A stretch of DNA of 33,725 bases from Bifidobacterium breve. Lineage in GTDB: Bacteria; Actinomycetota; Acidimicrobiia; IMCC26256; PALSA-555. Location of the stretch: contig CAMDCC010000003.1 in the NCBI GenBank assembly GCA_945889545.1, forward strand, positions 1 through 33,725. Direction: 5' to 3'. Positions within the stretch are counted from its first letter, which is position 1, and the number at the start of each line of letters is the position of its first letter. This document shows positions 1-7,906 of the stretch, one piece after another. Under the pieces are notes generated by a model that was not told the DNA's origin, ran no database searches, and saw only the letters and a program-made list of their open reading frames with translations. Made by a program: the position numbers and the translations under genes.

Positions 1-69
1 TGCCTGGCCACCACCGTGCTCATCGTCGGCAAACTCATCGACCACCGCGACCGATGGAACCTCAACTGA
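1..69 (+). CDS. C-terminal end of a probable IS5-family transposase (partial, runs off left edge)
   Basis: Frame 1 reads CLATTVLIVGKLIDHRDRWNLN*, resembling C-termini of actinobacterial IS5-family transposases as I recall them; followed directly by a putative IS end. Confidence 0.6.
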   Translation, partial: CLATTVLIVGKLIDHRDRWNLN

Positions 70-89
70 GCACCTATCCGCTCAAGTCC
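1..89 (+). mobile_element. Right end of a putative IS5-family element; candidate terminal repeat ACCTATCCGCTCAAGTCC (72-89) followed by TTA (90-92)
   Basis: Transposase-like tail, then an end reading GGAC... on the minus strand next to a TTA/TAA trinucleotide; partner repeat is outside the window. Confidence 0.5.
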
Positions 90-326
90 TTATGGACGAG
101 TTCTGCGAGCGACCCGGCCCGAGAACCGCCACGGGCCCCGGACCCGACCGACCCGGCGCGACACCAGCCGCGCCCCGCGCACCCACTCGTCGAGATGCGC
201 CTCCGCTTCTGGTGCGGCGTCGGTCGTACTGAACACCGCGACCGCAGCCACGATCGCCGCGACCTCCTCGTCGGACGCGTCGGGCGAGATGGCCCGAAGG
301 GTCGGTCCGCCACCTCGTGTGGTCAT
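90..326 (-). CDS. Acyl-CoA carboxylase epsilon subunit-like protein
   Basis: 78 aa; ASDEEVAAIVAAV helix and Trp/Arg-rich C-terminus; directly downstream of the carboxyltransferase beta gene. Confidence 0.75.
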   Translation of the reverse strand: MTTRGGGPTLRAISPDASDEEVAAIVAAVAVFSTTDAAPEAEAHLDEWVRGARLVSRRVGRVRGPWRFSGRVARRTRP

Positions 327-375
327 GACGTGGTCACTCCGGACGCGATGGACTCAACCCGGCGAAGCAACATGG

Positions 376-2019
376 TTAGAGGGGAAGATTGCCGTGTTTG
401 CGCTGGGGGAGCTGCTCGCGCTTGGTGCGCAGCATCGCCAGCGAACGCACGAGCACGCGGCGGGTGTCACGAGGATCGATCACGTCGTCGACGTAGCCCC
501 GCTCGGCCGCGATGTACGGGTTGGCGAAGCGCTCCGTGTACTCCTCGATGAGCTCGGCACGCCGCGACTCCGGGTCACCGGCCGTCTCGATCTCCTTGCG
601 GAAGATGATGTTGACGGCGCCCTGCGGCCCCATCACCGCCACCTCGGCCGACGGCCACGCAAACGCGAGGTCGGCGCCGATCGACTTGGAGTTCATGACC
701 ACGTACGCGCCGCCGTACGCCTTGCGCGTGATCACCTGCACCCGCGGCACCGTGGCCTCGCAGTACGCGTAGAGCAGCTTGGCGCCGTGGCGGATGATCC
801 CGCCGTACTCCTGGTCGGTGCCGGGCAGGAATCCGGGCACGTCCACGAACGTGACCAGCGGAACGTTGAACGCGTCGCACAGGCGCACGAACCGCGCCGC
901 CTTCTCGGAGGCGTCGATGTCGAGCGTGCCCGCGAGCACCTGCGGCTGGTTGCCCACGATGCCCACCGAGTAGCCGTCGAGCCGGGCAAACCCGCACACG
1001 ATGTTCTGCGCCCACAGTGCGTGCACCTCGAAGAAGTCGCCGTCGTCCACGACCTGGGCGATGACGGCCTTGATGTCGTAGGGCTTGTTGGGTGCGTCGG
1101 GGATGAGCGCCACGATGTCCTCGCAGCGGCGCTCAGGATCGTCGCTGGGCTCGAAGTACGGCGGCTCCTCGAGGTTGTTCGCCGGGAGGAACGACAGCAG
1201 GTAGCGCACCTGCGCGAGCGCGGTCTCCTCGTCGTCGGCCACGAAGGTGCACACGCCCGACTTCGACGCGTGCGTCATGGCGCCGCCGAGCTCCTCCTGG
1301 GTCACGTCCTCGCCGGTGACGGTCTTCACCACGTCGGGCCCGGTGATGAACATGTGCGACGTGCCCTTCACCATGAACACGAAGTCGGTGATGGCCGGTG
1401 AGTAGACGGCGCCACCGGCGCATGGCCCGAGAATCACGCTGATCTGCGGGATCACCCCCGACGCCTTCACGTTGCGGAAGAAGATCCCGCCGTAGGCGTC
1501 GAGCGAGACCACGCCCTCCTGGATGCGGGCGCCCGCACCGTCGTTGAGGCCCACCATCGGGGCTCCCACCGACTCGGCGAGATCCATGACCTTGTGGATC
1601 TTCTCGGCGAACACCTCGCCGAGCGCGCCGCCGAACACCGTGAAGTCTTGGGCAAACACGAACGTCTTGCGGCCGTCGATCATCCCCCAGCCGGTGACCA
1701 CGCCGTCGGTGAGCGGACGGGTGTTCTCGATGCCGAACCCATGCGCCCGGTGGCGGGCGAGCATGTCGAGCTCCACGAACGAGCCGGGGTCGAGCAGCTT
1801 CTCCAGCCGCTCCCGGGCTGTGAGCTTGCCCCGATCGTGCTGACGGGCGACGGCGGCATCGCTCCCGGCGTGCAGCGCCTCTTCCCGCAGGGCGGCAAGC
1901 TGCTCGAGCCGCTCCTCGATCGGGTGCGGCTTCGCCGGCGGCGCGCTGGCCGCAGCAGGCTCCCCGTGCAAGGCCGAGCCTTCAGCCGCTTCCTGGATCT
2001 CCGACTCTTCCAATGCCAC
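376..2019 (-). CDS. pccB: Acyl-CoA (propionyl-CoA) carboxylase carboxyltransferase beta subunit
   Basis: [60 protein letters not shown] motifs. Confidence 0.95.
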   Translation of the reverse strand: MALEESEIQEAAEGSALHGEPAAASAPPAKPHPIEERLEQLAALREEALHAGSDAAVARQHDRGKLTARERLEKLLDPGSFVELDMLARHRAHGFGIENTRPLTDGVVTGWGMIDGRKTFVFAQDFTVFGGALGEVFAEKIHKVMDLAESVGAPMVGLNDGAGARIQEGVVSLDAYGGIFFRNVKASGVIPQISVILGPCAGGAVYSPAITDFVFMVKGTSHMFITGPDVVKTVTGEDVTQEELGGAMTHASKSGVCTFVADDEETALAQVRYLLSFLPANNLEEPPYFEPSDDPERRCEDIVALIPDAPNKPYDIKAVIAQVVDDGDFFEVHALWAQNIVCGFARLDGYSVGIVGNQPQVLAGTLDIDASEKAARFVRLCDAFNVPLVTFVDVPGFLPGTDQEYGGIIRHGAKLLYAYCEATVPRVQVITRKAYGGAYVVMNSKSIGADLAFAWPSAEVAVMGPQGAVNIIFRKEIETAGDPESRRAELIEEYTERFANPYIAAERGYVDDVIDPRDTRRVLVRSLAMLRTKREQLPQRKHGNLPL

Positions 2020-2114
2020 CAGACGTCTCTCCCGTTGTGAGGAGGTGAAGCGTACCGGCCGTCGCTCCCGCCGATCCGAGAGCCGGTACTAAGCGGCGCG
2101 CTCCGGAGGGGCGG

Positions 2115-2231
2115 TTACCGGCGGGCTCGCTTCCCCGTTGGTATCGGGATGAGCGACGTGACGATGGCCAGCGCGCCGCCCGCCCCGATGATCTGGCGCG
2201 GAGTGATGGTCACGCGAGAAACCGTGTTCAT
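2115..2231 (-). CDS. Possible 38-aa single-TM peptide or gene remnant (MNTVSRVTITPRQIIGAGGALAIVTSLIPIPTGKRARR)
   Basis: Manual translation; hydrophobic core; co-oriented with neighbours; no clear RBS. Confidence 0.25.
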   Translation of the reverse strand: MNTVSRVTITPRQIIGAGGALAIVTSLIPIPTGKRARR

Positions 2232-2256
2232 GAGGCTGGGCCGGCTGGCCGGGGTC

Positions 2257-2811
2257 TCAGGGATTGTGGAAGTGCGCGACCGCGATGTACACGCCGGTGC
2301 CGCCAGGACTTGCGACGCACCCGGCGGCGGCGTTCACCGAGGGGCTGAGGATCGAGTCCATGTTGGCCTTGTGGCCGGGGCTCGCGAGCCAGCCGTTCAT
2401 GGCCTTCGTGGCGCCCAGTGTGGCCGACGGGCACTGACCGGTTGAGGAGTACATGCAGTAGAGGTTCTCCGACGCCGACGACGCGCCCGGGTAGTAGCTC
2501 ATGAGCGTGGCGCCCGACGTGTGGAACGAGGCGAGGGAGCTGGAGCACGCACTGGGCGTGACCGTGGCGAGGATCCGGGCGACCGTCGCCTCGGCGCCGT
2601 TGCTCGAACTGTCGAGGTTGTACATGCGGTACTTCTGGTGGCAGGCCTCGACGGCTTGCGAGAGCGTGCCGCCGACCGTGCAGCTGACGGTGGGAGGAGG
2701 CGGGGGTGGCGGTGCCGGCTTCGGCGCGCACGCGGCGAGCGCGAGCGCAGCGACGGGCAGGATCACGAAGCCCGCGAGCCGGCGTCGATGCTTGGGAATG
2801 GGGCTGGTCAT
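2257..2811 (-). CDS. Secreted lipoprotein with divergent CAP (SCP/Tpx-1/Ag5/PR-1) domain, paralog 1
   Basis: Lipobox LAAC, Pro-rich linker, SFH...SENL...W-x2-SPGHKANM...VYIAVAHF CAP signature; RBS GGAGG. Confidence 0.75.
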   Translation of the reverse strand: MTSPIPKHRRRLAGFVILPVAALALAACAPKPAPPPPPPPTVSCTVGGTLSQAVEACHQKYRMYNLDSSSNGAEATVARILATVTPSACSSSLASFHTSGATLMSYYPGASSASENLYCMYSSTGQCPSATLGATKAMNGWLASPGHKANMDSILSPSVNAAAGCVASPGGTGVYIAVAHFHNP

Positions 2812-2871
2812 TCCTGTTCCTCCACCGGAGCGATCTCGATCTGGATGCGCAGGAGCACATCCACTCCGAGG

Positions 2872-2899
2872 GTATCGGCAGTCAGAGATCAGGGCTGCA
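2872..2899 (-). promoter_or_regulatory. Putative sigma28 (FliA/WhiG)-type promoter TGCAG-N15-GCCGATAC
   Basis: GCCGATA -10 box upstream of CAP paralog 1; same spacing as the site upstream of paralog 2. Confidence 0.5.
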
Positions 2900-2930
2900 G
2901 GGGGCCGGACAAATTCTTACCAAACTTCCG

Positions 2931-2960
2931 ACAACCCCAAACGCCCCCAAACGCCCCCAA
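2931..2960. repeat. 10-bp tandem repeat ACGCCCCCAA (2 exact + 1 degenerate)
   Basis: acaaccccaa acgcccccaa acgcccccaa. Confidence 0.8.
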
Positions 2961-2973
2961 CGTCGAGTCTCCC

Positions 2974-3024
2974 GGAACTCGGGGAAAGCTGGAACTCGGG
3001 GAAAGCTGGAACTCGGGGAAGGCT
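2974..3024. repeat. 17-bp tandem repeat GGAACTCGGGGAAAGCT x3
   Basis: Copies at 2974, 2991 and 3008 (last has 1 mismatch), abutting the stop codon of CAP paralog 2. Confidence 0.9.
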
Positions 3025-3682
3025 ATGGGTTGTGGAACTGGGCCACCGCCACGTACACACCGGTGCCACCCATCGACGTCGCGGTGCACGCCCCGCCGCC
3101 GTTCACGGCGCGGCTCAGGATCGAGTCCATGTTGGCCTTGTGACCCGGGCTGACCAGCCACGCGCTCACGGCGTGGCTGGCACCGAACGCGGGCGTGGGA
3201 CACGCGCCGGTCGAGAAGTAGAGGCAGTACAGGTTCTCCGACACCGACGTGGCGCTCGGGTACTGCTGGCGCAGGTTGGGGGTCGGGTTGTTGGAGGACC
3301 CGCTGTGGAACGAGGCGAGGGAGCTCTGGCACTGCGCCGGTGTGATCAGGGCGGCGATGCGCGCGGCCGTGCTCTGAGCGCTGGGACTCGTGGTGTCGAC
3401 GATGTACGACCGGTAGGTCAGGTGACACTGCTCGATCGCGATGGCGTGGGTGGCCCCGTTACAGCTCGGAGGGGCCGGCGCGGTCGTCGTCGTGGTGGTC
3501 GCCCGCGTCTTCTGGCCGACGTCCTCCGTTCCCCACCGATCCGCAGCCGCTGTGACTGCGCTCGCCTTCTGGGGAGCCGGCGCGGGCGTGGGCCCAGGGT
3601 TACACGCCGTGAGCACGATGGCAGCCGCAGGAACGAGGACGATCCCCGCGATCCAGCGTCGACGTCTGCTGCCGGTGGTCAT
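3023..3682 (-). CDS. Secreted lipoprotein with divergent CAP domain, paralog 2
   Basis: Start MTTGSRRRR with GGAGGAG RBS; lipobox LTAC; Thr/Pro linker; shares SSLASFH, SENLYC, SPGHKANMDSILS and GGTGVY...FHNP with paralog 1. Confidence 0.75.
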   Translation of the reverse strand: MTTGSRRRRWIAGIVLVPAAAIVLTACNPGPTPAPAPQKASAVTAAADRWGTEDVGQKTRATTTTTTAPAPPSCNGATHAIAIEQCHLTYRSYIVDTTSPSAQSTAARIAALITPAQCQSSLASFHSGSSNNPTPNLRQQYPSATSVSENLYCLYFSTGACPTPAFGASHAVSAWLVSPGHKANMDSILSRAVNGGGACTATSMGGTGVYVAVAQFHNP

Positions 3683-3739
3683 CGGTCTCCTCCGCCTGGC
3701 ACTGCACCGCACGTGCGGTCGCACCGAGATGCGAAGGGG

Positions 3740-3767
3740 TTGTCGGCAGATCAGGACTCGGACTTGA
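3740..3767 (-). promoter_or_regulatory. Putative sigma28-type promoter TCAAG-N15-GCCGACAA
   Basis: Resembles the FliA-type consensus; overlaps the mce 3' end, upstream of CAP paralog 2. Confidence 0.5.
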
Positions 3768-4185
3768 TCGGTTCGCGCAGATTCTCCTGCACCAGCTCGA
3801 TCAGAGTGCCGAGGGCGCCCTTGGGGTGTACGAAGGCCACGGTGGTGCCCCGGCTGCCGGGGCGGGGGGCGTCGTCGAGCACCCGGTGGCCGGCGGCCTT
3901 CACCCGCTCGAGGGCAACGGAGCAGTCGGCGACCCGGTAGCCCACGTGGTGGATGCCCTCACCCTTCTTCTCCAGGAACTTCGCCACCGGTGAGTCGTCG
4001 CGGGTCGGCGTGAGGAGCTGCACATAGGAGTCGGCCACCTTCAGCAGCACTTCCTCTACGCCGTCGCGCTCCACCACCTCGCGGTGTGCAACCTCACAGT
4101 CGAAGGTGTCGCGGTAGTACGCGACCGCGGCGTCGAGATCCTTCACCGCGATGGCGATGTGATCGATCTCCGTAAAAAGAGTCAT
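3751..4185 (-). CDS. mce: Methylmalonyl-CoA epimerase
   Basis: IDHIAIAV, GEGIHHV, AFVHPK...GTLIELVQ VOC motifs; follows ccr. Confidence 0.93.
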   Translation of the reverse strand: MTLFTEIDHIAIAVKDLDAAVAYYRDTFDCEVAHREVVERDGVEEVLLKVADSYVQLLTPTRDDSPVAKFLEKKGEGIHHVGYRVADCSVALERVKAAGHRVLDDAPRPGSRGTTVAFVHPKGALGTLIELVQENLREPIKSES

Positions 4186-4203
4186 CTCAGGCCACCTTCG
4201 CGA

Positions 4204-5553
4204 TCACGAGCCGTACCGGCGGAAGAGCGTGATCTTCGCCAGCAATCGCTCGCGCATCTCGGGGTCGGTCACACCGAGACCTTCTTCTGGTGCGTTCACG
4301 AGGATGCCGAGCTTGCCCTCGTGCTGGTTGTGATGCACCTGGAACGCAGCCTCGCCGGTGTCGTCGAGTGAGAACACCTTCGAGAGCGCCGGATGAATCC
4401 GGCCCTCGCACACGAGTCGGTTCGCTTCCCATGCTTCGCGGTAGTTCGCGTAGTGACAGCCCTTGAGCGTCTTCAGGTTCATCCAGAGATAGCGGTTGTC
4501 GAACTCGAGCATGAAGCCGCTCGTGGCCGCGCAGGTGATGATCATCCCGCCGCGCTTGGCCACGAACACCGACGCACCCATCGTCGAGCGACCTGGGTGC
4601 TCGAACACGATGTCGGGGTCGGTGCCTGTGAGCTCGCGGATCTTCTTGCCGAGGCGCAGCCACTCTTTCGGATCCTGGGTGTGCTCGTCGCTCCAGAACT
4701 TGTAGCCCTCGGCCTTGCGGTCGATGACGGCCTCGCACCCCATCTCGTTGAGGAGCGCGGCCTTCTCGGGCGACGAGACCACACCTACCGGGATGCCTCC
4801 GCCGTTCAGCACGTACTGCACCGCGTAGGCGCCGATTCCGCCGCTGGCACCCCAGATGAGCACGGTCTGGCCCTGCGTCATCTGCGAGCCGTTGGGGCTC
4901 ACGATCATGCGGTAGCTCGTGGAGTTGCACAGCGGGTTCACCGCCGACTCCTCCCATGTGAGGTGCGCCGGCTTCGGCATGAGCTGGTTGGCCTTGGCCA
5001 CCGCGATCTCGGCGAGTGCCCCGTAGTTCGTCTCGAAGCCCCAGATGCGCTGGCTGGTGGCCATCATCGAGTCGTCGTGCGCCGACGGATCCTGGTCGTC
5101 CACATAATTGGAGTGCACGGTCACGGCGTCGCCCGGCTTCCAGTTGCGCACCGCCGAGCCCACTCGCAAGACCACGCCGGCGGCGTCGGATCCGATCACG
5201 TGGAACGGCTGGTCGTGGCGCGCGCCCCACACGCTCTCCTTGGCGAGCCGCTTCAAGAAACCGAACGTGGGCAGCGGCTCGAAGATCGACGTCCACACGG
5301 TGTTGAAGTTGATCGACGACGCCATCACCGCCACGTACGCCTCGTCGGGCGCGAGTTCCGGAAGCGCGACATCGTCGACGTGGACCGACTTGCGCGGGTC
5401 CTTCTCCTCCGACGGGAGGTCGGCGAACATCTCCTGCTCGTCGGCCCGCACGACGGCGGCGCGAAACGAGGCCGGAAGCGGGAGTGCCGCGAGTTCCTCA
5501 GCGGGCGCGCCCTCGAGGATCGCAGTGCGGATGGCGTCCATCTCTTGGCTCAT
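4204..5553 (-). CDS. ccrA: Crotonyl-CoA carboxylase/reductase
   Basis: VMASSINFNTVW, HVIGSDAAGVV, IWGFETNYG, LIWGASGG, FEHPG, NRYLWM motifs. Confidence 0.95.
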   Translation of the reverse strand: MSQEMDAIRTAILEGAPAEELAALPLPASFRAAVVRADEQEMFADLPSEEKDPRKSVHVDDVALPELAPDEAYVAVMASSINFNTVWTSIFEPLPTFGFLKRLAKESVWGARHDQPFHVIGSDAAGVVLRVGSAVRNWKPGDAVTVHSNYVDDQDPSAHDDSMMATSQRIWGFETNYGALAEIAVAKANQLMPKPAHLTWEESAVNPLCNSTSYRMIVSPNGSQMTQGQTVLIWGASGGIGAYAVQYVLNGGGIPVGVVSSPEKAALLNEMGCEAVIDRKAEGYKFWSDEHTQDPKEWLRLGKKIRELTGTDPDIVFEHPGRSTMGASVFVAKRGGMIITCAATSGFMLEFDNRYLWMNLKTLKGCHYANYREAWEANRLVCEGRIHPALSKVFSLDDTGEAAFQVHHNQHEGKLGILVNAPEEGLGVTDPEMRERLLAKITLFRRYGS

Positions 5554-5636
5554 AGGGCCGACAGGCTATGCGTCAGCACAAGATCGGCGCCGAAGCGTGG
5601 TGCCGGGCGAGGGCCGAAACGCGGCACCATGGACCG

Positions 5637-6398
5637 ATGAACGGGACACCGGCGCACCGCCATGGCGTGTGGACCCACGAGCATCACCATCACGGTGCTC
5701 ATCGGCATGCCCGCTTGCCGTTCCGCTCCAAGACTCCGGGCGACGACCACGGGCATGTTCACGGCCATGGCCACACGCATGGCCGCGTCGATCCCTCGAT
5801 CATCCGGTCGCGCGCTGGGGTCCGAGCCGTCGCGATCAGCCTCGGCATCCTGGCAGCGACGGCCGCCCTCCAGGTGGTGGTGTTCATCAGCTCGGGGTCG
5901 GTGGCGCTGCTTGCCGACTTGATCCACAACACCGGCGACGCCCTCACGGCGTTGCCGCTCGGCGCGGCCTTCCTGCTGCGAAGCCGACGGGCGGAGCGCT
6001 GGTCTGGGTATGCCGTCGTCGTGATGATCCTCGTCTCGGCGTTGGTGGCCGCGTACGAGGCCGTCGACCGCTTGATCGATCCTCGGAAGCTCGACCATCT
6101 GTGGGCCCTTGCCGCCGCCGGGGTCGTGGGGTTCATCGGCAACGAGCTCGCCGCACAAGTTCGACTCCGCGCCGGGCGACGCCTCGACAGCCCCGCCCTC
6201 ATGGCCGACGGCGCGCATGCCCGCGTCGACGGCTACGTCTCGCTCGGCGTGGTCGCCAGTGCCGGAGTCGTCGCCGCGGGTTGGGAAGCCGGCGATCCGA
6301 TCATCGGCTTGGCCATCACCGCGGTGATCCTGCGCATCACGTGGCAAGCGTGGCGGACCGTGCGCGCCGACCACGACGATCACGATCACGCACACTGA
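5637..6398 (+). CDS. Cation diffusion facilitator (CDF) family metal transporter, His-rich, lacking the C-terminal cytoplasmic domain
   Basis: SGSVALLADLIHNTGD and ALMADGAHARVD metal-site motifs; His-rich N-terminus and tail; start could be 5568. Confidence 0.88.
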   Translation: MNGTPAHRHGVWTHEHHHHGAHRHARLPFRSKTPGDDHGHVHGHGHTHGRVDPSIIRSRAGVRAVAISLGILAATAALQVVVFISSGSVALLADLIHNTGDALTALPLGAAFLLRSRRAERWSGYAVVVMILVSALVAAYEAVDRLIDPRKLDHLWALAAAGVVGFIGNELAAQVRLRAGRRLDSPALMADGAHARVDGYVSLGVVASAGVVAAGWEAGDPIIGLAITAVILRITWQAWRTVRADHDDHDHAH

Positions 6399-6433
6399 CC
6401 CACGTTCCGATTCACGCGCGGTATGTTGACCGC

Positions 6434-6490
6434 ACTCCCCCCGCCTTCCTGGACGCTTCGGCTTGACCTGGAATGGCGGGGCTTTTCGTT
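6434..6490 (+). ncRNA. Candidate small structured RNA, copy 1
   Basis: TATGTT -10 at 6422-6427, A at +7, CCCCGCC...GGCGGGG stem with internal GC-TTCG-GC, then CTTTTCGTT; homologous to 7707-7763. Confidence 0.4.
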
Positions 6491-6502
6491 GCAGGACAGG
6501 AC

Positions 6503-6560
6503 GCGAAACGGCCCCCCGAAGGGGGCCGTCTAACCAGGGATGCGCTCCCTGGCGAGGTAC
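6503..6560 (-). ncRNA. Candidate small RNA divergent from the NYN gene
   Basis: Minus strand: TATCAT -10 (6567-6572), hairpin CCAGGGA-GCGCA-TCCCTGG, then terminator ACGGCCCCC-TTCG-GGGGGCCGT-TTC. Confidence 0.45.
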
Positions 6561-6611
6561 GTAGAAATGATACCCAGGTAATCGGCCCGAAATCCACCCC
6601 TCTGGAGCACA

Positions 6612-7220
6612 GTGGAACGCGTAATCGCATACATCGACGGGCTGAACGTGTACCACGGCCTCTGCGACAAGAAGCTTCGGAAGTTCTTGTGGCTGGACTT
6701 GGTGGCACTCGTCGAAAGCCTGCTGAAGCCGCAGCAGCAACTGAGAGAGACGAAGTACTTCACGGCGCGAGTCTCGATTCCCCCCGACAAGGTGCGCCGT
6801 CAGAGCATCTACATCGACGCACTGACGGCCTGCGGTGTCCACGTCATCGAGGGCAAGTTCCAGGACTCCAAGATCAAATGCAATCGGTGCGGGCGGGTGT
6901 GGAGCGATCATGAAGAGAAGCAGACGGACGTCAACATCGCGGTGGCGATGATGACCGATGCTCATCTCGACCTCTTCGACGTTGCGCTGCTGATCTCCGG
7001 GGACAGCGACCTCTCGCCCCCAACTCGCAGAATTCCTGAACTGCACCCAGGCAAGCGCATCGTCGTCGCGAGCCCGCCGGGGCGGCACTCACTCGATCTG
7101 GCCCATGCTGCCGGCGCGTCCTTCATCATTTCGGCAAACAAGGTGCGCAAGGCTCAGTTTCCGCCCGAAGTCACCACAGCGTCGGGCCATATCCTGCGAC
7201 GCCCACCGGTCTGGGGGTAG
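6612..7220 (+). CDS. NYN-domain (LabA/DUF88, PIN-like fold) ribonuclease
   Basis: YIDGLNVY, EEKQTDVNIA, LISGDSDL catalytic Asp motifs; CNRC insertion; GGAG RBS before GTG. Confidence 0.9.
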   Translation: MERVIAYIDGLNVYHGLCDKKLRKFLWLDLVALVESLLKPQQQLRETKYFTARVSIPPDKVRRQSIYIDALTACGVHVIEGKFQDSKIKCNRCGRVWSDHEEKQTDVNIAVAMMTDAHLDLFDVALLISGDSDLSPPTRRIPELHPGKRIVVASPPGRHSLDLAHAAGASFIISANKVRKAQFPPEVTTASGHILRRPPVWG

Positions 7221-7270
7221 TGGCTCAGTTTTGATCGAGCCTCAGCACGAGCAAGGCCCCTCCGATCTCG

Positions 7271-7564
7271 CTATCCGACGAGGTTCTCCGGCGGGCCGTC
7301 ACGACGCCTTGCAAGTTCCTTGGCGAACATGGATTTCTCATCCTGGGATGTCGACTGGTACGCCGCGTTTGAGGCATAGCGCCGGCTCACTACTAGCGCC
7401 GCGCAGCGCTCGACGCCGCCCGCCCAGCCGCTGACATACGGCGTCGTTTCAGAATCCCTGATCTTTTCAGAATCCCCGGGAAGAGCCAACACCACAATCC
7501 CGGCGACGATCACCAGGGCAAGGAGCCCCAGAACGATCGAACGGAACCTGTGATCGGAGGCCAT
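7271..7564 (-). CDS. Hypothetical single-TM protein, possibly degenerate (MASDHRFRSIVLGLLALVIVAGIVVLALPG...)
   Basis: 97 aa from the internal Met of ORF 7271..8215; strong N-terminal hydrophobic helix. Confidence 0.4.
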   Translation of the reverse strand: MASDHRFRSIVLGLLALVIVAGIVVLALPGDSEKIRDSETTPYVSGWAGGVERCAALVVSRRYASNAAYQSTSQDEKSMFAKELARRRDGPPENLVG

Positions 7565-7706
7565 CGGAGCCACTACACCACGCGTTCGGCTTCGTAGCCC
7601 GTCAGTCCAGAAGCACCGCGATCCCCGGAGGTCAAGACCTCCGCCGCGGCAAACCTGAGCCGGTACCCGTCTGGGCTCATCAGGCTCCACGACGTAGAGT
7701 GAGATC

Positions 7707-7763
7707 ATTCGTCTCTGCCTTCTGGACGCCTCGGCTGTCCTGGGATGGCGGGGCTTTTCGTTT
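7707..7763 (+). ncRNA. Candidate small structured RNA, copy 2
   Basis: TAGAGT -10 at 7695-7700, A at +7; 7717-7770 matches 6443-6498 at 49/56 aligned columns, including identical ATGGCGGGGCTTTTCGTT. Confidence 0.4.
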
Positions 7764-7776
7764 CGGGACACGCGGT

Positions 7777-7819
7777 GACGACGCGCGTTGCAGTCGTCGC
7801 ACGACCATGACGCGTCGTC
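7777..7819. repeat. Imperfect palindrome (REP-like)
   Basis: GACGACGCG...CGCGTCGTC arms with inner GTCGT-CGC-ACGAC hairpin. Confidence 0.5.
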
Positions 7820-7906
7820 GGCGACGCTGACCTTCTGGCTAGAGCCAAGCGGGTGATGGTTCTGTACGATCCACCCACACCATTCCGCGCCTGAAAGGCA
7901 GCCTCG

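Noticed and set aside
2974-3024. 17-bp repeats as a mini-CRISPR array
   Set aside because: Copies are contiguous with no spacers, and there are no cas genes
6443-7770. The repeat pair as CRISPR repeats or integron attC sites
   Set aside because: Only two copies 1.27 kb apart; no RYYYAAC/GTTRRRY ends; no integrase or cas genes
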